A DNA stretch of 62,756 bases, filler included, from Perkinsus olseni (GCA_013115125.1; 7 parts of 7 records of this genome joined end to end with filler, not necessarily neighbours in it), one strand, 5' to 3'. Shown: positions 37,858-51,365, counted from the first letter of the whole stretch. The notes: a model not told the origin generated them from the letters alone. Numbers and translations are program-made.

Positions 37858-40456
37858 ATGTCTGAGAACCTACTATCGGACGACTTCCTACATCGAACGC
37901 GAGAATATCTGACGAGAAGGGACGAGGCTTTAGCAAGGGAGGTATTAACTGCCTCCCAAAGCGGGCAGCAACGCCCATTAGGTACATTCGTCATCACCAT
38001 CGTATGCCTTCGACGCATCGCCTATACGCCGGGGTCACACACCAAAGGGTAGGCGTCGGGTCGCCCGACTCGGGCGGAGAGTCGGAAACTATCTCTCCGT
38101 CTGTAAGGTGCAAGCTGCCACCGGGCCGAGTTCGATGATCCAGCATTGTGGCCGCGCTCATCGACGAACCGTTCAGCCGCTGGCTTGACCACTGACAGCG
38201 AAGCTGGTGATGTCGGTTCTTCCTCTTCCAGGGGGAGACTTCCGAAGTCGCTGAAATCCCTCTCTTCAGCCCTGGTCCAGGCCTTGAGGAAGTCTCAGGA
38301 TCGATGCCAGAATTTGCTCTTGTCAAAAGAGGAGCTAGCTGGGCGGCTCTCAGAAGCTACGAAGGAGGTCTGCGGGCAGTGTGCTAGCGTTGCTGGAAAG
38401 CCCCTACTTAGTTACAGAAGGTTAGCGATGATCGGCAACGGTTAGAGCATGAAGCCGAGCACTTGCGGTGAGAAAGAATCGTTTATCCTTAGAGTAATCG
38501 CCGGGATATGGCAGGCGGGAAAACCACCAGCTGCGGATGGAAGTGACGGAGGCCGAGAGCAAGAGTTCCAAGGCAGAACGAGAACTCAAGGAGCTTCGGC
38601 AGTGCTCGTGAGGCCAGGGAGCGAGATCGGTCGATGAGGTCACTATTCTTTCAGAGAGAAGGATGGCCTATTGAGCAGGGAAAGAGTGACTGATCTGCAA
38701 ACACGATGTGATGCTCAGCAAGTTCGGATAAGGTGCCATCCGTCTTTCCGGAGACTGAGTTCATAAGGGTGCTCGCTGCTGGCAGAGATCTTGAGGTCGA
38801 GCTGCGAAACATCGCTAGCGACTTCACGGCTTCTAGGGCGGACTTGCATCACACCTCCTCAGCTGTTATCGAGCTCATGGCGGAGAGGAACACAATAGAA
38901 TCATTCCTCGTCGAAGTGAGCGCACCTCAACCCTGCTCGGGATGTGAATCACAACGTGGTCGTTACATTGACTGTGTGTAGAGCCCCTCGCCCTCCGAAC
39001 GTCGCTCTTTACAATGGCTGCCATCCCGTATTTCTACTCAGGCGTTGTCTGCCCTCCAGTCGATGTACCAGGAGCCAAGAGGCCTCGACCACGACTTGGG
39101 TATTGCCTTGCCTCACCAGACTCGGCAAGCGGCGACTGGCCAGAGATCGACTCGCTCTCTCACGCGCAATGGGATGCCTCGTTCGAAGCGCTCTGCCCCC
39201 GGATCACTGAGTGCCGTCGGATATAAGCGCACACAAGTAGCATGAATAAGGGCGCGCCCGGATTTGAACCGAGGGCCTGCTGATCTGCAGTCAGCCGCTC
39301 TACCAGTGAGCTTTGCAGTAGTAGGTGTCATCACGCCTTTTCTCCTTTCTCCTAGTATCGAGCTGCTGGCACCAGTGAACTTGTTGAGCTCATAACTCAA
39401 TTGGAGTATGAACTCGCCGAGATCTCCATGGATTTCACCAGTATGATCAGCCGGATACGCCAGGATCAAGAGCTCGTGAGGAGCAGCTTTCATGTACGTC
39501 TTTCATGCCGTTGATGATGACTGACTTCAGGTTGAAGAAGCCCTAGCAGGGCTTGACGAGTGCCCCGGGGTGGCTGAGAAGGTTGCCTTTGCACGAGATT
39601 GGTGAGGCTAGGTTCGGATATTCCATCCGCTGAACCTAGCCCTCGAGAGCTCCTTTCGTCCAGGACGGATCGTCTTAGATCGAGAGTGATGACTACCAAC
39701 GACTTGAGCGCGTCTGGGCTGTTGTCTTCGTACTCGAGGTAGCGAGATTTGGTTCCGGTGTATGCTTTCGCTTTAAGTACCCTTGAAGGTCACCGGACGG
39801 GTCACGCCGGGCTCCGCGTAGCGACTTCGCAATGGAGGGGCTGGTCCGGTGGAACGATGAGAGGAACATCTTCATCAACAGCACTAAGTAGGTCGATGAG
39901 TCGTGAACGAGGAATATCTATCACACTCGTCGCTGGATTCAGGTCTTTGGATGCTAAATTGGATCAATTACAGAAGCTCCGTCGAGTGCTGCGGACGCGG
40001 ATGGATCTGACCGATCCGAAGAGCAAGCCCATGTGGTCGTGAAGTGACAGTTCATGTCTCTCTGAAGAGTTGTCTCCCGCATTTTAGCGTGTTGATTTGA
40101 TGTTGATTCTTCTACGCATCACCTATGACGTCCCTAGTTATCACTGAAGTCACTGCGGTGGAGCGGCTCCTTCTTGAGCACCTCCACATCAGCTGGAAGA
40201 TATCGGCAGACCTCATCAGCTCTTGCAGCCAAGAGGCCTCGAGCAAGAGCCAGGCGTCGTATGGCCTGAACACGCTCGTGCTGTACTGCTCCAAAGCGTA
40301 TAGCCAGCTCAAAGCTGCTCCAGTCGTGGTCCAAGGCCGAGACTAGTTAGACCTCTCAAGCGGAACGTAGTCCCTCCTTCGAACATCTCAGCAACGTACC
40401 GTTGCCAACACCGGCAGCAGGTGCTGCGGCGTATCAAGAAGAACAAGCGCGACTGA
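37858..40456 (+). CDS. Hypothetical coiled-coil protein, multi-exon (bounds approximate)
   Basis: Heptad-like exons bounded by GT/AG: MSENLLSDDFLHRTREYLTRRDEALARE, ALVQALRKSQDRCQNLLLSKEELAGRLSEATKE, DLEVELRNIASDF, ELVELITQLEYELAEISM. Confidence 0.45.
39249..39320 (-). pseudogene. tRNA-Cys(GCA) pseudogene
   Basis: Nearly identical to 40464-40535, but the 5' acceptor strand is replaced (TACTGCA cannot pair with CGCGCCC) and there are D-loop and variable-region changes. Lies in a probable intron at about 39237-39355. Confidence 0.8.
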
Positions 40457-40463
40457 TCGGAAT

Positions 40464-40535
40464 AGGGCGCGCCCGGATTTGAACCGAGGACCTGCTGATC
40501 TGCAGTCAGCCGCTCTACCACTGAGCTACACACCC
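40464..40535 (-). tRNA. trnC: tRNA-Cys(GCA)
   Basis: GGGTGTGTAGCTCAGTGGTAGAGCGGCTGACTGCAGATCAGCAGGTCCTCGGTTCAAATCCGGGCGCGCCCT: full cloverleaf, anticodon GCA, U discriminator. Confidence 0.95.
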
Positions 40536-41052
40536 TTCTGACGAAGGCCGATCGTCGCTGATGGCGACTCACCATTTCTTTTTCGTCGGGGTATCAGGCT
40601 GGTGCAGATTAGCTCACCAAGCCCATAACTCAGTTAGGGGCGCTGCGATGAGATCATCCTAACCTGGCTAGAGACTATCAATCCAGTTCCTAGCATACGA
40701 AGCTAGGCTTAGAAGCAACCTACTACAATTCTGAGGCTTGGCAAGCCACACTCATTACGAACAACCTCTCGAGACGGAGCAGCGTGCAAAGTCATAACCT
40801 TCACGTTCGTTGTTATTCATCAGATGGACACCGCCACTTGCAATATAGGACGATCTGCTGTTACAAATTCTAAACCGTGTCGGTTCAACCGTCTAGTAGG
40901 ATCTGTGGTGGTTATTAATCGTTATGACATTCTCCGTCCTCTCCGGGAGAGGCACTGCCGATGCTGTTTGTAACGCAATAGATAAATGCTGGTGACAATA
41001 CATCGAACACATCGAGATGCGGCCAATCATTCATCGGACGGAACTGTCATGC

Positions 41053-42930
41053 TCACAGCTGGCGACGGTTCTTCACCTTTCCTCGCGCCGCCTGCGAATT
41101 TGAAAAGGCCCACCACCTCTCGCAATTTGGCGACTTTTTGGAAGTCGCTTGTAGCGCCTTCTTCGTTCAGCACTAGATGGCAGGAACCGCGAAAGCTGGC
41201 CATCTAGAACCTGAAGCAACCCTCACTCAACGACCAGAAGGTGATAGTCTCACCTGAGCCAACCGGAGGAGAATGCCGGTGTGAGCCTCGTTCCTAGGGT
41301 CATAGGTACCCTCAGTAGAAGAGTTCATCGCCCCCGACGGCCGAGGAGCTAGAGCATCGACTTCCGCCTCGTTTTGCCTCCTGCTAGCTTCCGAAGCAAT
41401 AATCTGGCTCGACGAAGGCGGATCGTCGCGCCACGAGAATTGAATCACGAGACTTGTCGCTTGGTTTTCAATAAGGGGTATCGTGAATACCTTGACGGGA
41501 CTGTAATTAGGGATCCGTATATCGACCTGACACCACCGGAAAGATACCATCCACCGGCGAGCTTGGTTGCTTGCACTCACAGTTGAGTCGAAGTTGGGGT
41601 CGCATGGGGAACCGTCTCCAGAGCTTGACGTAGCATGCGGACATCGCGAGCGAGTCGCCAGTCCGACGAGGCCCTGGAACCCCTCGCTCTCTTCCAACTC
41701 CTGTAACAACGTCAATGGAGACAGGCTCGGCTACTGACGGTGATAAACCGAGGTATTGCTATATTAGTATATTATATAATTATACATATTTAAATATAAG
41801 ATTATTAACTGCTTTATATTGATATTTTATTTAACTCTCAGACTATAATAATGCAAAACCATACAAGAGAGGTATTGCTGTATTACACCGTATGAAGTGG
41901 ACGGACTTCACGTTTGCGTCAAATGGATTCGGATATCAGAATCGGTAGCAACCAAGCCGCCGAGCAAAACTCACGTAAGAATTGTTCACAACATCCACGA
42001 TGATTCGAGCTGTATGGTCGCCATAAACGAGGTGAACTCGAGTTGTGTCGGCCCCGAAAAGAGCACGCATGCTCTTCTCGAAGTTCGAAACGATATCCTG
42101 CACGCCTTTGGTGGACTCGCTGCAGGCCTTAGTAAACTTGGCCTGATATTAATCTCATTCGTCGACGAACAAAAGATACGGTATACTCACTAAAAGAGCC
42201 ATCCGGTGAAGTCGCCATGCGCTGCTCGTGAGACGTTCATTCCGTATGACGATGGCACTTGCCACTGAACCCCACATTTTCAAGAGGAACCTGATAGTGT
42301 CGACTGAATCGGTGAGAAAGCAACAACAGGTCTGTCGAGACCTACTGGTCATCGTCATCAAACTCCTTCGCCGTCTTCTTGTTTATTCCCTGTATGACCG
42401 CGACAACTCTGTCATCCTGCATTACTGGGACGGCCAGGATGGTGTTCGTTCGGTACCTATTATTCCATCATCACCGACTGACAGTAGTACGGAAGCACCG
42501 ACCCAGTGGCAAGGTCGGCTTGCGGGTTGAACCTCGGGTCCGCGTACGCGTCCGAGATGCTGACCACCTCTCGGGAAGCATAAGCGCTAGCAATGATGCC
42601 AACCTAGAAGCAACCATCCCGTCACGGGCGGCCATTGGAAGGCCCACCTTCTCATTAACGCCATCCGATGGAATAGGGACCTCCAGCGTCATCAGTGACC
42701 CTGGTTTGGTAGTTTTAGCGCCTCCTTTTGGCACGCGAGCCCACAGCACTCGCCGTACTGCGTCGACTATCCACAGCGTGGCCCGATCGCACTCCAGGCA
42801 GGAGCAGATCTCGCTCAGTAAGTCCGAAAACACCTGCAGCATCGCCATGCAAATTCAAAATCGGAAGAAGTAAGATAGACCGCGCCACTTCCGCCACCGA
42901 CCTGATCAAGGCTTCCCAGCCTCATTATTT
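41053..42930 (-). CDS. GAF-domain protein, multi-exon (may be the 3' part of the upstream coiled-coil gene)
   Basis: LLSEICSCLECDRATLWIVDAVRRVLWARV...LEVPIP...GL and VMQDDRVVAVIQGINKKT resemble cyclic-nucleotide PDE-type GAF domains (DRxSLFLVD; VVAVxQxINK). Confidence 0.65.
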
Positions 42931-43181
42931 TATCTTGCTGTTGCACGAGACGCGTTATTCGCATCGCTCGCATGGCCCATCCGAACCTGGAATTCGTTTC
43001 GGGTCGAAGGTGACGTCTTTCCTACATCTCCTTAGCGACAAGCTGGAGGGCTAGTGGACGCTGGTCCTCCGGGATGCCGCTGCAATGAAGGTGCTCGAAT
43101 AAGTACTCCCCCCGGGCCGCAAAAAGTCGCTCAAGAAAATGTCTGACAATTCATTGGTAGCCGAAATTTAGCCGGCCGCAG

Positions 43182-44460
43182 CTAGGCCCACTTGTGTGGC
43201 TCCGTGATGGCCTCAGCATAGATCGGTTCGAATGGTAGATCCTTTTCGGAGTCACCTTTGTCGTTGGCCGCGTGAACCGTGACGCTACAATAAACAGCTT
43301 GACTCGAACTCGGCTGTGTCATAGGACTCACTGGGCAAGGTCTGTCGGAGCATCTTCGGCAATGCTGCTGACCGAGTCTGGGATGGCACATCACAGGGGC
43401 TGGGCTGTGTATGCTTACCCTCTTCTTCCGGCGCGGACTCATTTTCCGCGTCGCATGGACTCATAAAAAGCTCAGCATGGTGACAAGATATCCTTCTCGC
43501 AGCTCTCACCTTACTTAGAGCATCCGATAGAAGGTCGTTAGAAGTTGTCACGTGCGTTCCTGAATCATCAGTAAGTTCGACGCCTCCCCGCACCGGTCTG
43601 GTTTTCCTACCAGTATTGGTATTTGCGAGTGCAAGTTCCTTAACCAATGCTTTGTTCTTAGCGAGCACCAACTGGTGCTCCATGTCCAGCCGTTGCCACT
43701 CTTGTTCGTCCACTAGTTGCTGATGCAAGTTTCGGGCAAGCTGTCTGAGATTAATTCACATGAGTTCAACTTCTGTAGTTCCTCCTGGTCACCTTCGTAT
43801 TTGCCGCAGGGCAACGAGGAGCCCATCGCCACCAGAAGAACCGCTGCCAGCGAGTTCCATCTCTTCCAGTGAGTCCAGTAGAAGGTTGGACTGTGGGTGG
43901 ATATCGAACATGGACACCCTTCTCGTGCCCTACTGTTGCCTCCAGTACGTTCAGTTTTTTGTCCCTCTCAAGCGCCTTGTTTTTCAACATGACAAGTTCG
44001 GCGGCAAGGATGTCATTTGTTTCTTTCGTTCGCTGGTGTTCGGCCCTGAGCCGAGCACTTTTTAGTGGCACTGAGTACTGCCGACGTGAATCACCTCAGC
44101 GCCTGCAGTTTGTCCGCCTGTCCTGCGCTACGCTTTCGCAAGACCTCGTTTTCCGCGATCAAGCGGGCCACTTTTTGCTTACTATCGGCGCCGCGACGGT
44201 CACGTTCCAAGAGCGTTCTGAACCCTCGCATGACTTGGTTAAACCTTGGAAACGGAACAAGGGATTGAAGGAAGACCAAACCTTCAAGTTGCGCGGAGAC
44301 GCACTAAACTGCTCGACGGCCAAGTGCTTCTCACCTGTACGTCAAATCAGGGTCTTCCTGTATACGGTTGATGACCTTGTCCTCCAACTTTTGCAGCATC
44401 TCGTCCGACAGGCCCTTTTGGAAGTCGAAGAAAAGCTTCTGGTCTGAGGAAGATCCGAAA
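43182..44460 (-). CDS. Hypothetical coiled-coil protein exons
   Basis: KVARLIAENEVLRKR, NDILAAELVMLKNKALERDKKLNVLE and WQRLDMEHQLVLAKNKALVKEL, separated by short GT-AG introns. Confidence 0.5.
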
Positions 44461-44907
44461 TGATGATAAAGTGGTTTATGAACTGATGAAGAGTTGATGA
44501 TGAACATGATTCGAAAAGGGCCAAGTTCAGACAGATTCTGAGAAGGTTCGTCTCTCTTTCTCGTAAGGGGTCCCCAACGATGCCAGGGGAAGGGCCGACC
44601 AAAAGAGAAGGTAGAAGTGACACGACTCCAAGCGAAGGATGAGAACCCGCGAGAGAAGAGCAGGTCGATTGTTGAAGGCGAGCGCCCTTCGGAATTATCA
44701 GCAGAGGGTGTGGAGCGCGGATATGAAGCTTACGAGGTCCTTCAGTGTCAGTCTTCTGAACAGGCAACGAGGAGGGAGGGGAGCGCATGAGTTAAACCAA
44801 CGGCAGACCGGGACTGTCCGATACACCGTTAGGGGTCCGAGGGGTTTTCACTGCATCACCTCTGAGATATGTCGTATCAGCGTGATCCGATGGCTGCCCC
44901 CAAAACT

Positions 44908-44942
44908 GTGAGTGGCCGGGATCGAACCTGAGACCTCCATGT
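44908..44942 (+). other. Probable intron start with antisense tRNA 3'-half/B-box element, truncated by contig end
   Basis: ATG TCG TAT CAG ... AAA ACT|GTGAGTGGCCGGGATCGAACCTGAGACCTC closely resembles the CFAP57 intron at 59097-59142 (GTAGGGTGCCGGGATCGAACCTGGGACCTC). Confidence 0.6.
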
Positions 44943-45042
44943 NNNNNNNNNNNNNNNNNNNNNNNNNNNNNNNNNNNNNNNNNNNNTTAATTAATTAANN
45001 NNNNNNNNNNNNNNNNNNNNNNNNNNNNNNNNNNNNNNNNNN

Positions 45043-45894
45043 ATGTGGCTGAAGACGGGACAACTGAAGATCATCGACAGAAAGAAAAGTATCTTCAAGC
45101 TCAGCAATGGAGGTGGGCGTTTTCTCATTCGCCTTTCTCGTGCGGTTGTAAGAGCACACGAATCAATCGCTGTTGTTTGGCTTGTCTAGCGGTTGATGCT
45201 ATGCGAGTTGCAGCACCGCTCTTCCCTTTCAGAATACGTTGCTCCTGAGAGGATCGAGAACATACTCATACAGTCGCCATACGTTGCACAAGCCTTTGTC
45301 TACGGCAACTCGCTGAGGTCTTCTTTAGTGGCAATCATAGTCCCCGACTTTGAAAACTTGTCGAATGAACTGCGCAATCGAAATGATCTCAAGTAAGCCT
45401 AAATACGGTTCCCTAATGTTTTCGCCCAGCCCGCTAGATCTAATTGGTTTACGAGTTCGGGAATCTTCCTCGGTCCCCGATTTGCACCGAGACCATCGAC
45501 TGTTCAGCTGCTGTGTATTTTCAGGTCCCCTGAGGATATTTGTCGGAGCAAATATATGAATTCTCTGATATTGAGAACCCTACGTGAAGTCTCAGAGAAG
45601 TCCGGCCTTAGAAAGTTCGAATGGGTGCGTCCCGGTCTGCAGTGATTTATTACCCACCTGCAGGCTTGACTCAGGTGAAGGCGATTCACTTGTCTCCTGT
45701 GATGTTCTCTCTCGATAACGACATACTCACGCCGTCCTTCAAACTGAAGCGTAACGTCGCCGTGAAGGTGTTCCAGAAGGAAGTCGACGCCTTGTATGAA
45801 CAGATCGGGGAGACTGTAGGCCCGCATTCACCTCTCGCACTGCCACCCTTGTTCTGCCTTTCAGATTTTGGATGAACCCAGGTCGAAGATGTGA
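45043..45894 (+). CDS. ACSL: Long-chain acyl-CoA synthetase, 3' part, ending in PTS1-like SKM
   Basis: [33 protein letters not shown]...LTPSFKLKR. The last intron (45816-45864) gives ILDEPRSKM*. Confidence 0.88.
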
Positions 45895-47351
45895 CGGTGT
45901 TTACCCATTCGCATGCTGGTACACACGAGATGGCGACTTAGCGTTTTTCGACTTTTGATAGGCATTCAGTCTTGCTGACTTTATGATCCCTTGTGGAAGA
46001 TTATCGATCACCAACAGTTGTCGTTCCTGGCAGTAGATTGGCTACTTCGATTTATGACTCCCACATGAGTGTTGACTTAGTGATCGATACACTTCGTGTG
46101 TCGAGGGAAGATCCGAGAATTCCGCTGCAGAAGACAGTCGCATGAGTGCGTACGAGACAGTGTATGCCACTGAGATGTTCATCGCAAGGGGTCTGGGGCA
46201 GGCCGCCTGACACCGACTCCTTGGGACCCCCGGACTCAGGCACTTTGGTGCCGGGTGCCCTGAAGATGTTTTTGACCTGCCCCCTTCTCCCTCCCTTGGG
46301 GAAGGGGTGGGGTCGCTTGGTAGGAGTGTCTCCTCCCCGGCTCATCGATTCGAGCACGAGCTCTTTTCCCAACATTACGCGATGTCCCGGAAGAAAGGCT
46401 GGGATTTGTCGAGGCTTCGCTCCGATTCCAGTGTGGTAAACACACGTGGATGGGAGGAGTACAGAGCTCTGCAGACGCTTCTGTTCGACACTGTCGAATC
46501 GGCAGTGGTTGCTCTAGCAACGGCCTTCCGCCGCCATCCGAACGCACGGCAGCTTGGCGACAGCGCACAATAGTTCTGTGCAGCGGCGCCGAGTACGCGT
46601 ATAGTGGCCAGTGCTACTGCACGCTATGAGTCCCATGCCCGCTTTCTACACCCCATCGTAATCACCAACGGGGTACCATCTCGTCTTGAATGATCATGGA
46701 GTAGTACCGCAATCGAAGTGCGAGGGTCATTAGCTGGACATGCTACTTGCATAGCCTTGTGAAGACCTAGGGCCACGCGTGCCGGCGTTGCGATCGTTGG
46801 CATTTCTCCTCTATTACGGTGGCTGTCACCAGGTGGCACTCCAGCGGAGGCGCCCGTCCTAGAAGTGATCGCACTGGAGATCGCCGCATTTGTTGTTCTT
46901 GTTGACGGCATACCTCGCTGCCCACTCTGGTCACGTCACGAGATCTCCTTGCTCGGCACGCAGACAAACGACGCGCACAGGCAGGAGGCAAAACAGCTGT
47001 CTCCCTTTCCAGCTCTGGCTCGTCCTCACGAAGAAGCATTCTTAGGCTCCGCCGACTTGGAAGGCGGCGTCACATGCTTCCTCAGCGCTGGTTTGTCGTA
47101 ATCGACCTGTGGCGAAGTCAGCTAATCCTACCAGTACCTCGCTAGGCCCACCCTTTACTATCTCAGAACGGCGCGCAGTTTCCCCATGACTGCGAGCATG
47201 AGAGCTCGGAGCCGATGATGGCTTTTGCAGCACTCAGAGGCGATTGAACAACATTTTGCACCACACTCTTCCCCTCAATTTTCAACTAGCGTGCGTTGAC
47301 GGTTGCGAGTAGCTTCCGTGCTTAGTTTTTAATCCCGTCTGCAAATCTCGC

Positions 47352-49998
47352 ATGGGAAACTCCATCTCTGTGTCACCTCCGGCGCCATATACTTACGAGG
47401 TGAGTTCTTCGGCCCCTTCGCCATCCAGTTTTCTCTACAAGCATGTGCTTTCTCTCTTTAGGTTCCCGACTCTGCTGTCCCAGGAGAATGCGGTCCAATC
47501 TACAGGAATCCGGATGCATCCTCCGGTAACATCAGTCTCATCGACGGTGACGAGTCTTTGAACACCAGCGCCGCTGTCTTTAAAAGGGTACGTCAGTAAG
47601 CCTTGCACGGTGATGTTCCGCTTTGCTATTATGGGACTGCACACCCGGGCTGTTTGTGTGTTGGCGATCGTTGTGGAGCTATTGCAGGGTTGCTCGTATG
47701 TCAGGCTGCCGAGAAGTACCCCGATCGTCTTTGCCATGGCACTCGCCCTTTACTGGATGATGGTTCGGTGGGCCCATTTGAATGGCAGACTTATAAAGAG
47801 GTTTATGAGAGAATAATCAACTTCGGTAGAGGGCTGGAAGAACTCAATCTGCTCTCCAAATCCGAGGATGGTTCGATGAGGCTAATCGGTATCTACATGA
47901 AGAACAGATCTGAGTGGGTTATTGCTGAGCAAGGAGCATTCACTAGAAGAGCTACAACAGTCCCTCTCTATGATACCCTCGGCGAGGACGTCGTTGACTA
48001 TATCGTGAACCAAGTGCTGCTGGAGACCGTGGTGTGTACCGCATCACAGATTCCTCGACTTATTGCGTGCAAAGCCGAATGCCCTACTCTTACTAACATC
48101 ATCTGCGTCGATCCTGAGGCTTGCCCAGAAGCTGTCGCCACCGCCTGCCATGCAGCTGGGCTCAAGTTCTACCGCTTCGATGACATCGAGAAGAAGGGCA
48201 GTGAGGTCGACATCGAGCCCCTCGTGGGAGAGCCTACTGATATCGCTACCTTCTGTTATACTAGTGGTACCACTGGTGACCCCAAGGGAGCATTGAACTC
48301 TCATGGTAACGTGGTAGCTAATATCAGCTCTATTGTGATTCTCCTTGGGACCCAGAGCCCTCTTTTTGACGTTAAGGCCTCTCAGCAGTACTACCTCAGT
48401 TACCTACCTCTGCCGCATATCATGGAGCGGTTGGTTAGTATATCTCTGGTCCATCTCGGAGTGGCTATCGGATTCTACCAGGGCGACCCTCTCAAGATTA
48501 TGGAGGATGTTGCAGCGCTCAGGCCGACTCTCTTTGTATCAGTACCAAGGTTACTGAATCGTCTTCACGACAAAATCACCGTCGGTGCTCGTGCTGCTGG
48601 CGGCATCAAGGCCTATCTGTTCGAGCAGGCGTTGGCGTCTAAGAAAGCCAGACTACAGGAAGGCGTGCTTAAGCATGCCCTCTGGGACAAGCTGGTCTTC
48701 GATAAGATCAAAGCGAGGATCGGTCTCGATAGGGTGCAGTTTGTCGCCAGTGGAAGCGCCCCTCTTGCCAACCACGTCATGGACTTCTTGAGGGTCTTTT
48801 TTGGTTGCCCTGTCACCGAAGGCTACGGTCAAACGGAGAACACGTGCCTTGCTACCTACTCTCATCTTCATGACTTCACGTCGGGCCATGTCGGGCTTCC
48901 GGTGTGCTGCATGGACATCAAACTCGTTGACGTGCCTGAGCTTGGGTATTTGTCGACGGATACTCAGCATGGTAGGCTGCCGAGGGATACTCAGGTCGGG
49001 GTTGCCATGTTCTTGCATAGGTACTGGGGAGAGTGCCACCGACTGCAAGGGGCGGGGAGAGATCTGCTTCAGAGGCCCGTCAATTTTCCAAGGGTGAGCT
49101 GCATTTGGCGAATCATCTTGGCGGCGGGGGACCGTGCGGACTCCCGTTTATGTTGGTTATGCGTTCGATCAGATACTACAAGATGCCTGAGAGGACCAAG
49201 GAGGCGCTCGACTCTGAAGGTTGGCTTCACAGTGGGGATATCGGGGTTTGGCTGAAGACGGGACAACTGAAGATCGTCGACAGGAAGAAGAGTATCTTCA
49301 AGCTCAGCCAGGGAGGTAGGGTTCGGTTCACCGGGATCAGTGCGGTCTCCAAGCATACTCCGCTTCAGAATACGTTTCCGCCGAACGCGTGGAGAACGTC
49401 ATCACCCAATCTCCCTTGATAGCCCAAGCCTTTGTTCACGGCAACAGTCTCCATTCTTGTCTCGTGGCCATAATCGTCCCTGACTTTGAGACCTTCCAGG
49501 GCCTTCCCGGCTCACAGGAAGGAGACAGGTGGGTGCCTCAACGATCGTAAACTCGACATGCCTTCCCTCTGCAGCAGAGACCCTGCAAGTCTGTGCAAGG
49601 ATGAACAAATTAAGCAGGCCATTTTTAAGAGTTTGCAAGAGCGTTCAACCGCAGAGAAACTCAGAGGTTTCGAAATGGTGAGAGATTACTTCGGGCCGCT
49701 CGTGTTACTGCTGTTATCATTCGTCCTGTCGACTGCTGAACTAATGGAAGTCTTGCAGGTGAAGGCGATTCATCTCATCCCCGAACCATTCTCCGTGGAG
49801 AATGATCTCCTCACTCCTTCATTCAAGCTCAAGCGCAACGTTGCCAGTGCTAAATTTCAGAAAGAGATCGATGAACTATATATAGGGATAGGCGACAAGG
49901 TAGCCGGCACAGTCGGAGCCTCCGACTCAGAGGCCACTTGTAGCGTCATTTCGCCCTGTCAGGTTGCTGGCAAGCAAAATATCCATCAGAGCGATTAA
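47352..49998 (+). CDS. ACSL: Long-chain acyl-CoA synthetase (complete, multi-exon)
   Basis: AMP-binding motif [74 protein letters not shown]. Starts MGNSIS. Confidence 0.95.
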
Positions 49999-50294
49999 TT
50001 TCATCTCAGCACTTTTTCCATCAACTTTTTTCACTGTAGGGGAATGACAGGTCCGTCTTAGTATTGGATTGTTATTATCCGTCGGTAACAATAATGGGGA
50101 TTGTGTTTCTTGAGTGAGCTAGTGAAGGTTGGCAAGAGTGACCAACGAGTTTACTAACGCAATAGAGATCAGTTACACCTTATTAACACATCCGGTGAAT
50201 GCATGATCACTACATGAGAATAACAACTTATAAACAATGTGAAGCTTGTTAACAAGTAGTTCTCGTATTTACACATTTACTGAGGAATGACTGC

Positions 50295-51365
50295 TCACTT
50301 GAGTAGTCGTTCCACTTCGCTCACCTCATCATCCGAGGGGTTCAGAGCCTCTTGGTCATTAGTCGAAGGGGAGTTACCACCACCAATCTGATGCTGAGCG
50401 GATACTACGAAGTCGGCCCGATAGGGCTCACCTGAGTACGAGTGGAAGAGTGACTGAAGACGTCATCCTCAGTGATAGCGTGGATGGCGTGGTAGAATCT
50501 GCTGGCCGCCTCGGAGTGGGCGAACTTCAGCTTGTACATGATGTGGTCGGTGCTCTGAGCGCTGACAGTCTTATCATCAATCATAGTGACCGCTGTCTCT
50601 CCACGACGGAAGTGGATGGTGCCAGCACTCTCTTCTGACCGCGCATTTACACGCTTCACCGAGACTGTGTCGCCCTCAGAATAGTCAGGCTGTAGGAAGC
50701 GCCACTCGCCACCGTCAAGGTAGCCAATGGCCCCGATCTGATCACGAACCATCATCAACCTAAGATAACCCTTTGTTACTCACACGAGCCATGAGCTTCC
50801 TTATGACACGGCGTTCATCACCCCTCTTGTTGATACGGCACTGCATCTTTTGGGAAGGCAGCCTAGCTGGCCCTCCCAGGAGGGCGAGAGCCTCACCACT
50901 CTTTGCAGCCTCAAGGAGGGGCTGTCTTCCTCGGGAAAAGTAGGAAGTGAATCGCTTCTCGCCCTCGCCGAGGACGAACTCAACCTGTCGATGCAGATGC
51001 TACCCGGAGAGCAGCTCGTCGGCTCACGTGGGGCATGCGGCTGTCGATGTGCTTTTTCCCGCGGAGGCGATTCCACGCCTTCTTCAGAGTGTTTGTGCCC
51101 TCTTTTGCCTTGATCTTCAAGATACTCAAATGGCGGTTGTTCACAGTGCAAACGCCAAGAGTCTGCCATTGTGAATGCACTCTGGCTAGCTCCTCTGACG
51201 AGCACAGAACTCACCTTACGCCCGGCTCCCTCGGCGACGCCCATCTGAAACAACACAGCGAACTGCTGGTGCTCTGCCCAGGGGAGCGAAGATACTCACC
51301 AGATTAGCGAAAAGGGTGATAGCGAGTAAGGCCGTTCTGCCCGATGACTTATGAGGGAGGATCAT
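50295..51365 (-). CDS. Hypothetical multi-exon protein, signal-peptide-like N-terminus and possible PH-like C-terminal exon
   Basis: MILPHKSSGRTALLAITLFANL|GTGAGT. A beta-rich exon ends in YKLKFAHSEAASRFYHAI, a PH-fold-like terminal strand plus helix (inference). Confidence 0.4.

Noticed and set aside
46052-47233. Gene between ACSL copies 1 and 2
   Set aside because: Overlapping short ORFs on both strands with no recognisable motif, so strand and structure cannot be supported.
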